Source of the DNA: Flectonema sp. DT1601
Lineage: Eukaryota
Assembly: GCA_964019425.1 (NCBI GenBank)
Contig: OZ025785.1
Span: 1,178,001-1,242,000, forward strand
Reading direction: 5' to 3'
Length of the DNA: 64,000 nucleotides
In this document: positions 30,001 to 40,900 of the stretch, piece after piece
How the letters are laid out: every line of letters begins with the position of its first letter
How positions within the stretch are numbered: position 1 is the stretch's first letter
Notes under the pieces: generated by a model
What the model saw: only the letters and a program-made list of their open reading frames with translations
What the model was told of the DNA's origin: nothing
Database searches by the model: none
Position numbers and translations under genes: made by a program

Positions 30001-31953
30001 CCAAAGATTAAATGTACGAATAGTCCGACTGAAGCATGTCGAATATGGACTGGTTGTATTTCATTAATGAGAGCAGGTCTTCAAGAAGAGATCATAACTG
30101 AACCAGAATTCTTGAGATGGATACCAAAGAACAGCGCTGATATATATGTTGTTGGGTTTGTTGATGTTCCAACAGAGTATCAAGGAAGTAGCAAATTATG
30201 TGATATTCTCAAGGCTCATTTAGGACATGGCAGCATCGCTCTACTCACATCAGACCGTGAAAAGCAAAAACAAGTAATGTCAGTATCGCTGTACGTCATT
30301 GTTACTTCTGGTGTCCCTAAAATCAGCAACACTGGTGCTGCTTTTGGAGGTGCTATTAGAAAGTCTGCGAAAGCTTTACAATTCAGTAAAGTTAGTATGG
30401 CATCATCAGATGCTGTGGCACTTTCATTTCAATTCAACGAGACAACTTTTTGTTTTGTTTGTACGAAGTTGCAGCTGCTGCTTGAAGACGATGACGACAC
30501 TGGAGTTCGCAACACTGTTTTAAAAGAAGTAATTGAATCACTTCACATTGGGAACAGTATGACTGATATCTCTTCTAGATTTCATCACCTGGTAGTACTT
30601 GGGTCTTTAGCTTATCCTTTTGAAGGAGATGATGTAAGTAATTGGCCGAGAATGCTCTCTGAACTCCCACAAGGCACAGACGTCTTATCAACTGAAGTAA
30701 GCAGCGGTAGATGTCTAGCCGGCTTCACTGAACCTGATTTAGAAATGCTTAGTGACATTTCATTGGAACATCGAATCTTAGTTAAATCACATCCATACCT
30801 GAGTCTAACTCCTCAAAGTTATCGTAGTTATAATGTGGGTGGAGGAAGACCAGCAGTGTCGATGATATTAAATGTTCCAACTGAACTTGTATTCTTAGAG
30901 ACGCTATCAACAAAGATATCACCACCTGTTTCATTACGTTTAGAGAATTGTATGTTAACATGTGGTACTATGGAGAGAGCTTCACTAGTCTCAAGAATTA
31001 GAGGTGCGTCAAGACTTGATGCGAGTTCTGTTAGTGAAGGAAGAGATAGAAGAGGATCAGTAAGTAGTGGTAGCGGTGGATCTAGTCACAGTGGTTCATA
31101 TTCACCTCGTAGAAGATCACTAATGTCAATCGCATCAGTCACTGAAAGTACTGATGAGTTTGATTTAGGTGGCAAGCCAGGTCTTCAAAGACCTTTCATA
31201 TCTGCTTACGCTGACTTTGCTGAAGGTCTTTACCGATCAGCAACTCTTACACAAGATGTTCACACTGGACTACCAAGTACTAATAGATTCTTACCAATGG
31301 AACCTTCAACATTCGCACCTGAATTCTTATCAAGACAACACATCGTGTTTAATATTCACAATGACACAACTCCATCTCGTGAAGCCATCATTGGAGATGA
31401 TAAATACGATCCAAAACGATTCCCCGTCTACGCTTCTGCAGTACTATCACTTAAAGATGTAATGGAAGAAGAACGATCATCATTTTGTTTACAATTATAT
31501 CAAGGATGTACTCAAACAGGAGGTACTATAACAGGGATTATTAGACTTAATAAATCAATTAGTACTGATCAGAGTTCTGTTGAAACACTAAGAGGAATGC
31601 CTGTAATATCTGACTCAAACACTACTGTTATCGAATCGGTAATTGAGAATGAGAGGAAGAAAGTTGGTACCGGATGGGGGAGTAAACTCGCACCGAATAA
31701 AGATCCACCAAACTGGTGTGATGAACGAGGAATACCAACTCCGAGAGAGACAGTTGGTATACCCGACGGATGGGTTTGGGAAGGAGAATGGAAGACAGAC
31801 ATAAGTGAAGATACCGATCCTAATGGATGGAAGTATGCCACTGACTTCAACGCTTCAACTTGGGTAATAAAAGAACGCCTAACAACCAAAGCAAGAAAAC
31901 GTCGCTGGATTAGAGTCAGAGTTGTTGCCTCCAAGGCAACAGCTGCTTACTAA
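1..31953 (+). CDS. Giant multi-domain protein, 5'-partial; join(<1..26379,26448..26534,26623..31953), >=10,598 aa; helical repeats, coiled coil, FN3-like repeats, PH-like, degenerate inositol polyphosphate 5-phosphatase, C2-like, DysF
   Basis: Frame 1 is open from base 1 (AAQSLAEAQVFLP...), so the TTG at 34 is not a real start. Two phase-0 GT-AG introns join it in frame to the 26650 ORF. The splice rebuilds an FN3-type motif (...VMLDGLSE|GQRYIVTAAVSD), and FN3-like repeats lie on both sides. Stop TAA at 31951-31953. Confidence 0.88.
4150..11000 (+). repeat. Degenerate ~60-70 aa alpha-helical protein repeat array (approximate bounds)
   Basis: Recurrent pattern ...l.sG..l.....L...L...G....a..L..ip.v, e.g. 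ELRDIISSGKPLSKSEMDNLREVMEKLGLSESSELLNDITTL and ISEGTSVDKTTLSELQQQLRSVGLHKEADDLNVLPVV. Confidence 0.75.
9044..9770 (+). repeat. Recent intragenic duplication, period 399 nt (133 aa); ~9044-9371 vs ~9443-9770
   Basis: GACAGCAACAAACAGCTGCTG occurs at 9052 and 9451. About 330 nt are near-identical with only a few substitutions. Confidence 0.95.
13770..14660 (+). repeat. Five-copy helical repeat (Q-I-R-x-G-x-F/Y-x-T-x-E-E/D-L...)
   Basis: TQIRSGNFSNHEDLKEAVEEL, SQIREGKFETIEELQIAVDEL, RDIRDGSITTVEEIQQRADEI, QQIKSGEFSTIKDVENAA, NNMRSGKYTSLKEAENAA. Confidence 0.75.
20740..22300 (+). repeat. Coiled-coil tandem repeat, period 147 nt = 49 aa = 7 heptads
   Basis: ACAGACTGCAATCC at 21684, 21831 and 21978. 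Unit KATELEKQNTMLVTKQTAIQQEFDDLQKQ.TD..KHNTVTETALKDQTE, with diverged copies on both sides. Confidence 0.92.
26380..26447 (+). other. Spliceosomal intron 1 of giant gene (68 nt, phase 0)
   Basis: CCG|GTTTGTAAT...AAAATAACACACAG|GAA. It removes the in-frame stop at 26425-26427 and the low-complexity tail VCNFFIIFSNHISFI. Confidence 0.85.
26535..26622 (+). other. Spliceosomal intron 2 of giant gene (88 nt, phase 0)
   Basis: GAG|GTTTGTGTA...TAACAACAACAG|GGT. Same GTTTGT donor as intron 1. The downstream exon is in frame with the 26650 ORF (27 nt upstream of it). Confidence 0.85.
31630..31925 (+). other. DysF (dysferlin/Pex24-type) domain at C-terminus of giant protein
   Basis: ENER...GW...PPNWCDERG...IPDGWVWEGEWKTD...TDPNGWKYATDF...W...ARKRRWIRVR matches the DysF Trp/Arg signature. 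Confidence 0.88.
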
Positions 31954-33008
31954 AACTCTTTTTTTTTTTATTTGTTTCCTCAATTTTTTTGTCGTTTGTT
32001 TCATTTTTTTTTCTTTTCCCCCGCACTTTTTACATTGCGTTTCTTAAGGATTAGCAAAGGAAAGTCGTTTTTTTATGCGCTTCACTAACATGCGCAGTTT
32101 TCTGTTGTTGTTTTTTTTAAGTATTCATCACCTCTTTTACAGATGTAGTAGTTTACCTACTCTCAGCCTCTTCTTAGCATTCTTGAATTGGTTGGCTTAA
32201 CAAACACATTCGTTTCACCCCCTCATACTGACACACTTAGAATATTTTTTCCCCCCTTTCTCGAAATTCCCTGGATCTGTTGACTCACGCCTACTCCTTT
32301 TAACTTGGAGATGCCCACAAGAGTCTCAACGATTTATTTTTACGATTTTTTTTATTCACAGACAAAAGTTAATTGTCAGAAGAAGATTTCCCAACAGCTT
32401 CTATGGGATCTGGTGTTTTTCATAATATTAAAAAAAAAAAAAAAAAAAAAAAGTAAAACCGTTTTATAAGTAATTATCGTTACCGACTGACTAGCATTTG
32501 TATTGCTGTTCTTTAGATTTAGGAAATTAACGACTAGCTAGAAATTCCTGTATTCGCCATCCATCTCTCTCTCTCTCTCACCCTTAGAACCAACCTTACC
32601 AGTGATGTCGTGCTTTCGGGGAATTTTAGAATTCATCGTTAGTCACGTAGTAAAGTTATGTAGTTTTTGTACCGCCCAGTCCCCCTCCGAATTTCTTTTT
32701 TTTTCTTTCCGGGAATTTTTTTTAGTGGGACAAAGTCTCCCAGTTATTTGAAAGCTTTATTTTTTTTTATTATTTCCCTGAAATAAAATAAAATGAAAAA
32801 AAAAAAAAAAAAAACCCACGAGTGCTGGTAGTTTTATGTTTGTTTTTTGTTTGAAAAAAAAGAATTTTTTTTTTCTTTTTCCAAAGCGCACAGTAATTAC
32901 TTTACAAAAAATCAATGGAGGCATAAAATCGACATTTTACCATAACTTGTCATCGCAGGGAGGGGGAGAGTTATTTACATTAATGCGTTGGACTTTAGTT
33001 GTGGTAGG

Positions 33009-33063
33009 TTTTTTTTTTTTTTTTTTTAAACGTCATTTTTTTTTGTTATCATCCCCCTTTCAG
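33009..33063 (+). promoter_or_regulatory. Putative trans-splice acceptor (polypyrimidine tract + CAG)
   Basis: Poly(T)...TTTTGTTATCATCCCCCTTTCAG, 10 nt before ATG 33074. Confidence 0.55.
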
Positions 33064-33073
33064 CATCAGCAGC

Positions 33074-35467
33074 ATGTCGGGCAAGCCTGCGAGGCCTCCA
33101 CCCAGCACGCCCACGGCTTACAGAACGGGTTCTCCATTTAGCAGTGCTCCGGGAACACCGACTGCGGCTCTTCTCGATGATCCATCTCTATTACAAGGAA
33201 ACATATTGAGAGGGAGGTTGACAGGAGTGCAGAGTGATCTGCAAAAATCAAAAAAAGAAGCAAAAATAGCAATTGAAAAAGCCCTTCAAATGAGCATTAA
33301 ACTAAACGAAGAAAAACTAAGCAAAGCATCCCTCTATTCAAAGTACGGAAACGCTGTCGAACGCGTAAAACAATTTGATGAGCGGATGAAGGAAGCAGAA
33401 GAGATAATGCGAAATGAGAAGATGCACCACAAACAGTTACAAGGGATGTTGGAATCCCTTAGAGATCAATTAAAACAAAAGCAAAGCGTTGTTGATCAGC
33501 AGGCCCAGACAATTAAAAAACAACAAATAGACAGAGACGCAGAGATAAAAGGATGGAAAGAAAACTTAGACAGAACAAGCGGGACTGCTGAAGCCCTCCG
33601 CGACAAGCAAACTCAATTCATGGAACACTTCAGACTTTTATTATCCGACAGCATGGATAGGTTATCAGAAGAAAGAGATCGAAAAGATGCGATATTCACC
33701 GTAGCAACAAGTGAGCTCTCCACTACCATAACTGAACAACAGCAAATACTCCATCGTCTTCAACTGGAAGCGGAAACAATGCGTGATTCAGTTCAATTCC
33801 TCGTCAAAGATGTCGAAGAAGGTAACAATGCCCTTGTTATTACTCTCCTTCGTGAAAATAAAGCAATCTGGGCTCAGCTCAATCAAGCCCGTGCACAACT
33901 TGCCAGATACAAAGAAAGCAGTCAATCTCGAGCGAGTAAACTTACTGAAGCACACTTGAAGGAACAACTTGAAAATATGCAACTCGAAAATAAAAAATTA
34001 GAAGAGAAACTTGACAGAGCCAACGCATCATTAACAAATAACGTAAAGAAAGGACAAGAACATGAGAGGAACTTTCAACAGATTATGGATAGTTTGAAGG
34101 GTGCTGACTTAGAGAAAAACAGACTACAGGAATCATTCTCTGAAACACAAGCTACTATTAAGGACCTTCGTGATCAAATTAGCATTTTAGAACGTCAAGG
34201 AAGTGAATCAGGTCTCCTAAAGAAGACCATCAGTGACATAAAGAGTGAGCTTCATGCTGAACGGGAACGATTCAGAATCGAAGCTGACAACCATCACAGT
34301 GAGATCTTAAACCTGAGAAGTGAGTCTGAACGAAGAGTGTCGGAAGAAATCTCAAAAGTAAAAAGGAAATGCACCGACTTGACTTCAGAGAATGATCGTC
34401 TTAAAAAAGATTCCATAAAATCAGTTGAGCAACTCGCAAGTCTAAAACGTCAGGCAGAAGACGACAGATCAACAGTCATCCCTAAACTAAAAGAAGAATT
34501 ACAAGCCACTAAATCAATGTACGACAGAGAAGTCAACGAACTACGCAGAGAGCTCACTGACACAACACAAGAGTTGGCTGAGATTCAAAAGAGTTCCGAC
34601 AAAGAACGAATGGACACTACGAAAATGAGACTCGAGTTTACATCACTCAGCAACTCAGTTGTTAATTTGAAATCCGAAAATGCAACTCTTCACCAAGAGT
34701 CGAAACGAGTTCTAGCGAAGCTGTCTGACAAAAGTCGAGACTACGACTCGAAGAGAACAGAACACGCAGAGTTAGAATCTGCCCTTCGATCTGTTGAACA
34801 AGAACACCATCGATTAGTAAAGGAAAAGACTGATGACAACAGACGAAATGATGAAGACGTTCGAATACTAAAACATCAATTAGAGATTACAACAAAACGA
34901 TCTGAAGAGTTCGAAGCCAAACACATCACTCTTGAGAGAGAAATCCGAGCACTACAATTAGCTGCTGGCAGAGACGGTTCTGGTCGCCGAGCAAAGGAAG
35001 AACTTGAAAAAGACAAAGAGCTACTTGCTCAAGAGAATCAAAGAATACTACGAGAGTACGAGCAGGTTAACGAACAGAACACAAGACTGCTATCAGAGAT
35101 TGCGAAGTGTAGAGAGAAAGGAAGTAATGAACAATTACTTCATGATCAAATCTCTATGTACCAACGTCAGTTGTCTCAAATGGAACACCAAGCAGATGAA
35201 CTTCAAGAAGCTCGCGAACAAGCAGCTCTCGCAGAGGGTGAATTGGAAGAACTTCGTCGAGAACGTGACGCAATTCAATCTCGTCTTGATTCAATGCTTG
35301 AAGAGTCGTCTAACTTAGTTCGTAAGGAAGCAGAGCTTGACCATTGCGTTGAAGCTGCTGATCTTCAAATCAAGAGACTTGAACAGCAAATGGAACGCGC
35401 CTCCGTCTACACATCTCGATCATCTATCAGGTCACCATTTTCAACATCTCCAAATGGCGGTCGATAA
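33074..35467 (+). CDS. 797-aa long coiled-coil protein of unknown function
   Basis: Long ORF with a Pro/Ser-rich N-terminus, continuous E/K/Q/L/R heptad-rich body and Ser-rich tail. Pyrimidine tract + CAG (33061-33063) just upstream of the ATG. Confidence 0.88.
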   Translation: MSGKPARPPPSTPTAYRTGSPFSSAPGTPTAALLDDPSLLQGNILRGRLTGVQSDLQKSKKEAKIAIEKALQMSIKLNEEKLSKASLYSKYGNAVERVKQFDERMKEAEEIMRNEKMHHKQLQGMLESLRDQLKQKQSVVDQQAQTIKKQQIDRDAEIKGWKENLDRTSGTAEALRDKQTQFMEHFRLLLSDSMDRLSEERDRKDAIFTVATSELSTTITEQQQILHRLQLEAETMRDSVQFLVKDVEEGNNALVITLLRENKAIWAQLNQARAQLARYKESSQSRASKLTEAHLKEQLENMQLENKKLEEKLDRANASLTNNVKKGQEHERNFQQIMDSLKGADLEKNRLQESFSETQATIKDLRDQISILERQGSESGLLKKTISDIKSELHAERERFRIEADNHHSEILNLRSESERRVSEEISKVKRKCTDLTSENDRLKKDSIKSVEQLASLKRQAEDDRSTVIPKLKEELQATKSMYDREVNELRRELTDTTQELAEIQKSSDKERMDTTKMRLEFTSLSNSVVNLKSENATLHQESKRVLAKLSDKSRDYDSKRTEHAELESALRSVEQEHHRLVKEKTDDNRRNDEDVRILKHQLEITTKRSEEFEAKHITLEREIRALQLAAGRDGSGRRAKEELEKDKELLAQENQRILREYEQVNEQNTRLLSEIAKCREKGSNEQLLHDQISMYQRQLSQMEHQADELQEAREQAALAEGELEELRRERDAIQSRLDSMLEESSNLVRKEAELDHCVEAADLQIKRLEQQMERASVYTSRSSIRSPFSTSPNGGR

Positions 35468-35603
35468 GCTCATTTATCCCATCGTTTCTCTTGATTAAAG
35501 TCCCTTGCCTGTGTCTTACTTGATAACGACTTAAGTAAAAAAAAACACACAATAGAAACAAGCAAAATGACAATAAAAGAGGTGATTTGGTTGTCAATAA
35601 TAA

Positions 35604-35740
35604 AAAAGTGATGAAACTCCCAGTTCTCACAATAGAAGTCAGAACGAATGAATAAAGTATCTTTTTAAAATAAGAAGAAAAAAAAAAAAAAAAAGTGACG
35701 AAACTCCCACAGTTCTCACAATAGAAGTAAGAACGAATGA
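35604..35740. repeat. Imperfect ~50-nt direct repeat (35604-35651, 35691-35740)
   Basis: AAAAGTGA(T/C)GAAACTCCCA(CA)GTTCTCACAATAGAAGT(C/A)AGAACGAATGA occurs twice, separated by an A-rich spacer. Confidence 0.9.
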
Positions 35741-36414
35741 GCAAACTAGTCAGTGATGAGATTTCAACAACGTGTAGAAGATTGTTGTCTCTTTTACTTT
35801 AGTTAACCAGTGTTCTTTATCTCTTCCCTCGATCCCTAATCCCCCTTTCTTGGTGTCGGTAGAAGATTCGATGCTTCAGGCTGCTCAAATAGATTTTAAA
35901 AAAAAAAGGAAAAAGAAGAAGAGGGAAAAAAAAAGGAAAGGAAATAAAAACAACCTATCCACTGATACTACAAACACATTTGTTTGGTTTGAACTTAACC
36001 GACCGTTTCGAGGTTTTTCTGTGAATTAGAGAGCAGCTGATTTGAGATTAGCAAGTCTGTTGGTTAAGTAACATCATCTTATCCCCCTCCTCAAGATAAC
36101 ATATGCAAAGTGGCGCTCAGCTATGTTCACGTGGTACCCTGCAGCTGACTGTTGTTCCTTTTGAGCTCTAATACAGTATCTATTCACCCCTCTTCACAGT
36201 TAGCGATACATCCTTATTGCTTTATCTTTAGTATTATAAAGTTTATTTACTGTTTTTTTTTTTTTTTTCTACGATTGTCAAAACTATCACCTCCTCACAG
36301 ATCATAAAATGATGATGTAGAAGAATTTGTTATTTTTTTTTGTTTTTGTGTCGTTATTAAGCAATGTGAATTTAACTTTTTTAATTTACAGAACGACAAA
36401 ATCTAAAAAAAAAA

Positions 36415-37143
36415 ATGATGAAAATTTTGTCATACGTGTGTGTCATTCTCTCAATTCAACTAATTGAGGCAGAGACGATATTGAAAGGAGTGAAGCTGCC
36501 TGGATGTCGATTCGAAGGAAGGGAATTTGAAGAGCGAGTGGCGATGGTATTCGACGTTGAAACGACTTCTGAAATATTACAAACCTGCCAAGAATGGATA
36601 ATTGCAGTCAACAAATCAACTGATAATTGGATGGATTTGTTTACAGCTGAGGCGAAACTGTCACTAAAAGTATCGAAATTCAACACGCTTGAAACATGCG
36701 AGTATGGTGCTGACAAACCTTCACTTGGATTTAATTCCCCGACAGGTGTCTGCATACCCCTCCGCTGTAGCGTTGATTATATTAGAGTCGAAACCTTAGC
36801 AGGAGAGGTTACTTGCATCCCAGCAAACTCTAGTATTGCTAAGGTAACAGTTGTACCACCTCTTCCTGAAGGTGGTGATCCTGCGATGAATAAGACGCTT
36901 TACGCTGGATTTGCTTGTAGTTTTGGTATCATAACGTTTTGTTTATTAGTTGTGTTCTGTGTATGTTACACAAGGCTTGTCAGAAGGGAGATGGACAGAC
37001 CGGAATTTATTATTCCAGAAGAACCTGCAGGACGACATGTGATCATATCGCAAGCAGGTACTACAGAAATGGAAGTGGTTCGCAACAGCTTCTGTCAGGA
37101 TCCGAAATCAAAAACTGAAAATACGGAGAAAGAAGAAGTCTAA
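36415..37143 (+). CDS. 242-aa type I membrane protein (signal peptide, Cys-containing ectodomain, one TM, short tail)
   Basis: Signal-like MMKILSYVCVILSIQLIEA; TM LYAGFACSFGIITFCLLVVFCVCY followed by basic TRLVRR; T-rich tract + TACAG (AG 36390-36391) upstream. Confidence 0.85.
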   Translation: MMKILSYVCVILSIQLIEAETILKGVKLPGCRFEGREFEERVAMVFDVETTSEILQTCQEWIIAVNKSTDNWMDLFTAEAKLSLKVSKFNTLETCEYGADKPSLGFNSPTGVCIPLRCSVDYIRVETLAGEVTCIPANSSIAKVTVVPPLPEGGDPAMNKTLYAGFACSFGIITFCLLVVFCVCYTRLVRREMDRPEFIIPEEPAGRHVIISQAGTTEMEVVRNSFCQDPKSKTENTEKEEV

Positions 37144-37507
37144 GCGTACTCACGCTGATATAAAGTTTAATTTTAGTTTATATTTCCCTTAAGCATAATA
37201 AAATAAAAATTAGATAACTGATGTTTCTTTCTTTTTTTTTTTTTTTTTTTTTCGTTCTTTTTTTCTTCTCTCTAATTCTGCCTACAAACCTCAAGTAGTC
37301 ACGATTGTGTAATGATTGCTTCCCACAAGCAGCTCTTCTGTGCCTCTTTTATGTTTCCTTAGCTAAAGAAACAATCCGACTTTCCCAGGCGTAGCTAATT
37401 ACATTTTCTTTGCATTGTCAAAATGACTATCCAGCAATCGCTTTTTTTTTTATGTTAAGTAATGTTACGGTTTTGTTTTGTTTTCGTTTTTAAAGTTTCT
37501 TCCGATC

Positions 37508-37538
<31 letters not shown>

Positions 37539-37982
37539 GATGAAAAAAACTGATCGCGTCACTAATAAAGGGAAACTGTTGTCACATTTTCTCAAAAAAA
37601 CTCATAGCGAAGGAAAAATTGCCGCTAGTAAAAAGTAGCTGTTCAGGTGCGAAATTTTCTTTCTGGTTTCTACCATGTAAAAAAGAGAACCCAATTTTTT
37701 TTTTTTTTTTTCCCTTCCAAGTACTTGAATCCACCTGATTCTAATTATATTGAAAACACACTTGTTAAATTGTGTTACTGACCCCACAGCAAATACTTAA
37801 ACAGGGTCTGTGACCTTGTGTTGCATATTTAGGTCTTCCACCTGCAAAGTATTGGAAGTCGTCATCACTTGCTTTGCCAACCGACGTTGAAATAACTCCG
37901 ATCCGTCTAAGTAGCTCAAAAAGATTCTCAAGTTATTTTTAATATATTTCCTTCACAGTTATCAAATCTTTTTATAAATTAA

Positions 37983-40900
37983 ATGCCACGAGGGGGATAT
38001 TTTGAAGATAATGAAGTCTTTGATGATGATCAACAGATGCTTCCAATACCATCAGGTAGTGACGACTATTCACAAGGAGATAGAAAGAAATCAATCGGAG
38101 CTAGGAGAGCAAGCACAGTAGAAGAAAACAGCTATCGTTCAATGAGCCCATCAGCGAGTATAATGAGTGGAAGAAGAGAGAGCAATGCTAGTCCTCTACC
38201 AAGTCCAAAATCAATCAGCAGAAAGCAAAGCACGTCTGGTTCATACTTACAGCAACCACTTGCAAGCTCTGGTTGCTTAGATGATATGGACGTTGAGGAG
38301 GAGGGTTTTGTTTCATTTGACGATGATGTTAATGAAGTAAATCAACCAAAGTCTAAAAAATCGAATAAAAAAAGGATTGCCATCATTATCTTACTATTAC
38401 TTCTATTATCAACATTGATAATCATACTCTCTTTAGTACTAACCTCTGGAGACGATCACGACGACAACACCAATAAAGCTCCAGTAGATCACAAAACAGC
38501 TGTCCCAATCACTGAAACTACTTCACCTAAAACATCACCTTCATCAGGTTACTATAGAAGTGCTAATAGTATTGTTGTTCATGGTGACTTGGCTTTTATT
38601 GGTAAGGCTTCAGATGGTTTGTTTGTTGTTAATATTTCTTCACCTGGTAGTCCACAGCTACTCGGATCCCTTGTTGGTATCAACATTGAACAAGTAGTCA
38701 TAACAAGTGATGGAGATTCAATCATAGCAACTGATCGAATGTACGGAGGCGTTCACATCATTCAAGTATCTGTTCCAACATCTCCAAAACGTATTAGCAG
38801 TTTCGAAACAAGAGATGAAAACAGCAACAAATCTCTTACGATTTCTATTCACAAAGATACTCTTTGTATTTCAGATGAAGCAACTGGTTTATTCTTTATT
38901 GATATATCTGACAAGACTAACCCAAATCAGTACAGCAGCTTATTCAGTCCATCAGCAGGAACACCAACTGACACATACATCAGTGATGAAGGCTTAGCTT
39001 ATGTACTAAGATCTGGTGTCTTATCTATTGTCGATACGACTATTAAGAGTACGCCGTTAGTTATATCTGCTCCGTCTGAATTGTATTCGAAGGGTGTTGG
39101 TATTAGTATAAAAACATCACTTGACTCTTCAACAAAAACTGCTTACATTATTGATGAAGTGGGTTTGCTTCATATCATCGATGTCACTGATCCAACACAA
39201 CCGTTGGCTGGACCTTCTTCGATTGACTTCAGTGGAAATGATGATAAGAAAACCCTTCTAAGACCACTTGTGTCATCAGCGAGCCCAGCAATGATATTGC
39301 CTAGCGAAGAACAGCTGAAAGTCAATTGTAAAACTGAACCAAGTTTAAATGGATTGTTGATTTCTTGTTTTGGTCAACTACAATTCATCTCTCACGACTC
39401 AACTGGAAACTATTCTGTTTCTGTTTTAGAAGCTGAGAATGTTATTACTTTTTCAATTTCAAATGGTAAGTTATACGTTTTAAAGTCTGATGGATTATCT
39501 GTTTTTGACTGGACTCACTATATTGAAACACCTCCAACAACAACATCACGTGATGTAAGAACTCAAAGTACTAACAGTAATGATATTTCACATTTAAAGA
39601 ATGTATTCATTAAATTGTTTAATCACTTATCACAAGTTGATATCGATCTTTCAGACTACGGTCTCACACAAACTGACTTAGCGAATACCATTGATGCGAA
39701 GAATCTTGTTGTTGGTTTGAAAACACTGTTACAATTAACTCCAAAAGTAGAAGGGTATTTTGGATTGTTCAATCACTTGCAGGGAGTTCCTACGTTAGAG
39801 GGTCTCGCTGATATAGTACAGAATAATATACCAACGCAGTCTTCTGATTACAGTCTCAAACCTGATTACGTCTACGCCGGAAATTTCGATTCGTTTTCAG
39901 ATGAGTTGGTTGTCAGAATTCAACTAAAAGCGATCTCACATAAATCGAGTCAGCAGATCTTCCTCGCAGATCAACTCCACGGTGTTCTTAAAAATATTAA
40001 TAAATTAACTGAACTGTTCGAGTTTTTAAACACGCCGAGTGTCGATATTAACATCCCAAACCTATCCCGAAAGACATCATTCGAAGCGACTTCCTTCATA
40101 GATGTTACTCTCGGGTTGAATATTGCTTCTGTAAAAGAGTCAAAGAAACTGTCTGAAGACCAACTTCTAAGCAAAGCGTTTATTAGGATTAACAGTTATG
40201 AAGCTGGTGTTAAAGTTGTTATAGATCCGTTGGAGTTTGATTTCAGTAAGGTGTTTATAAAAGATGGATTATGCTCTTTGGCTTTGGGAGTAAAACCAAG
40301 TGAAGAGAATGTTAAGTATCCATCACCAAAAACGTTCATGCTGTCAGAACTTGATGGTAGCAGCCTACCGGAATTACTGTTGAGGAAAGTGTCTCCAAAA
40401 CCATATGCAACGTTAGATGTAGAACTTCCTGTTCAATTTAAAAATGATGCTGAACCTGGATCGTCTAATCTCACTCCTATCATTGAACTTCGTGATTCAA
40501 ATCTACTGGACGGTAAACTTCATGCTTTCGATCTTGATGTCGATTTGGAATACTTAATTTCGAATGGTCTTATTAAAAGAATAACAGACTCCCTTGATTT
40601 GTTATTAGCTGACGTTACTTCTATTGGTGTTCAGAACTCTGTAGACTCATCAGCAATAACAATAAGTAATTCACTTTTAAGTGGAATTGACAAGAGAATT
40701 AACTTTACATCAACTCTAAACACTTATGTTTCATTATTGAAGAAGTATAGGAAAATGGAAAATGACCAACCAGTTGATTTAAAACTTGATGCTGCTGGTA
40801 TGGGAATGGCGCAGTCGGAGGGTTTTCAAAAATCACTTCTACAGACTTTGGGATTCGATTCTCAGGTCGTTAAATTATCTGAAAAATTCCCTGAAATCCA

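Noticed and set aside
35608..35800. GTGATGA C-box-like words (possible C/D snoRNA)
   Set aside because: No suitably placed CTGA D box or terminal stem seen.
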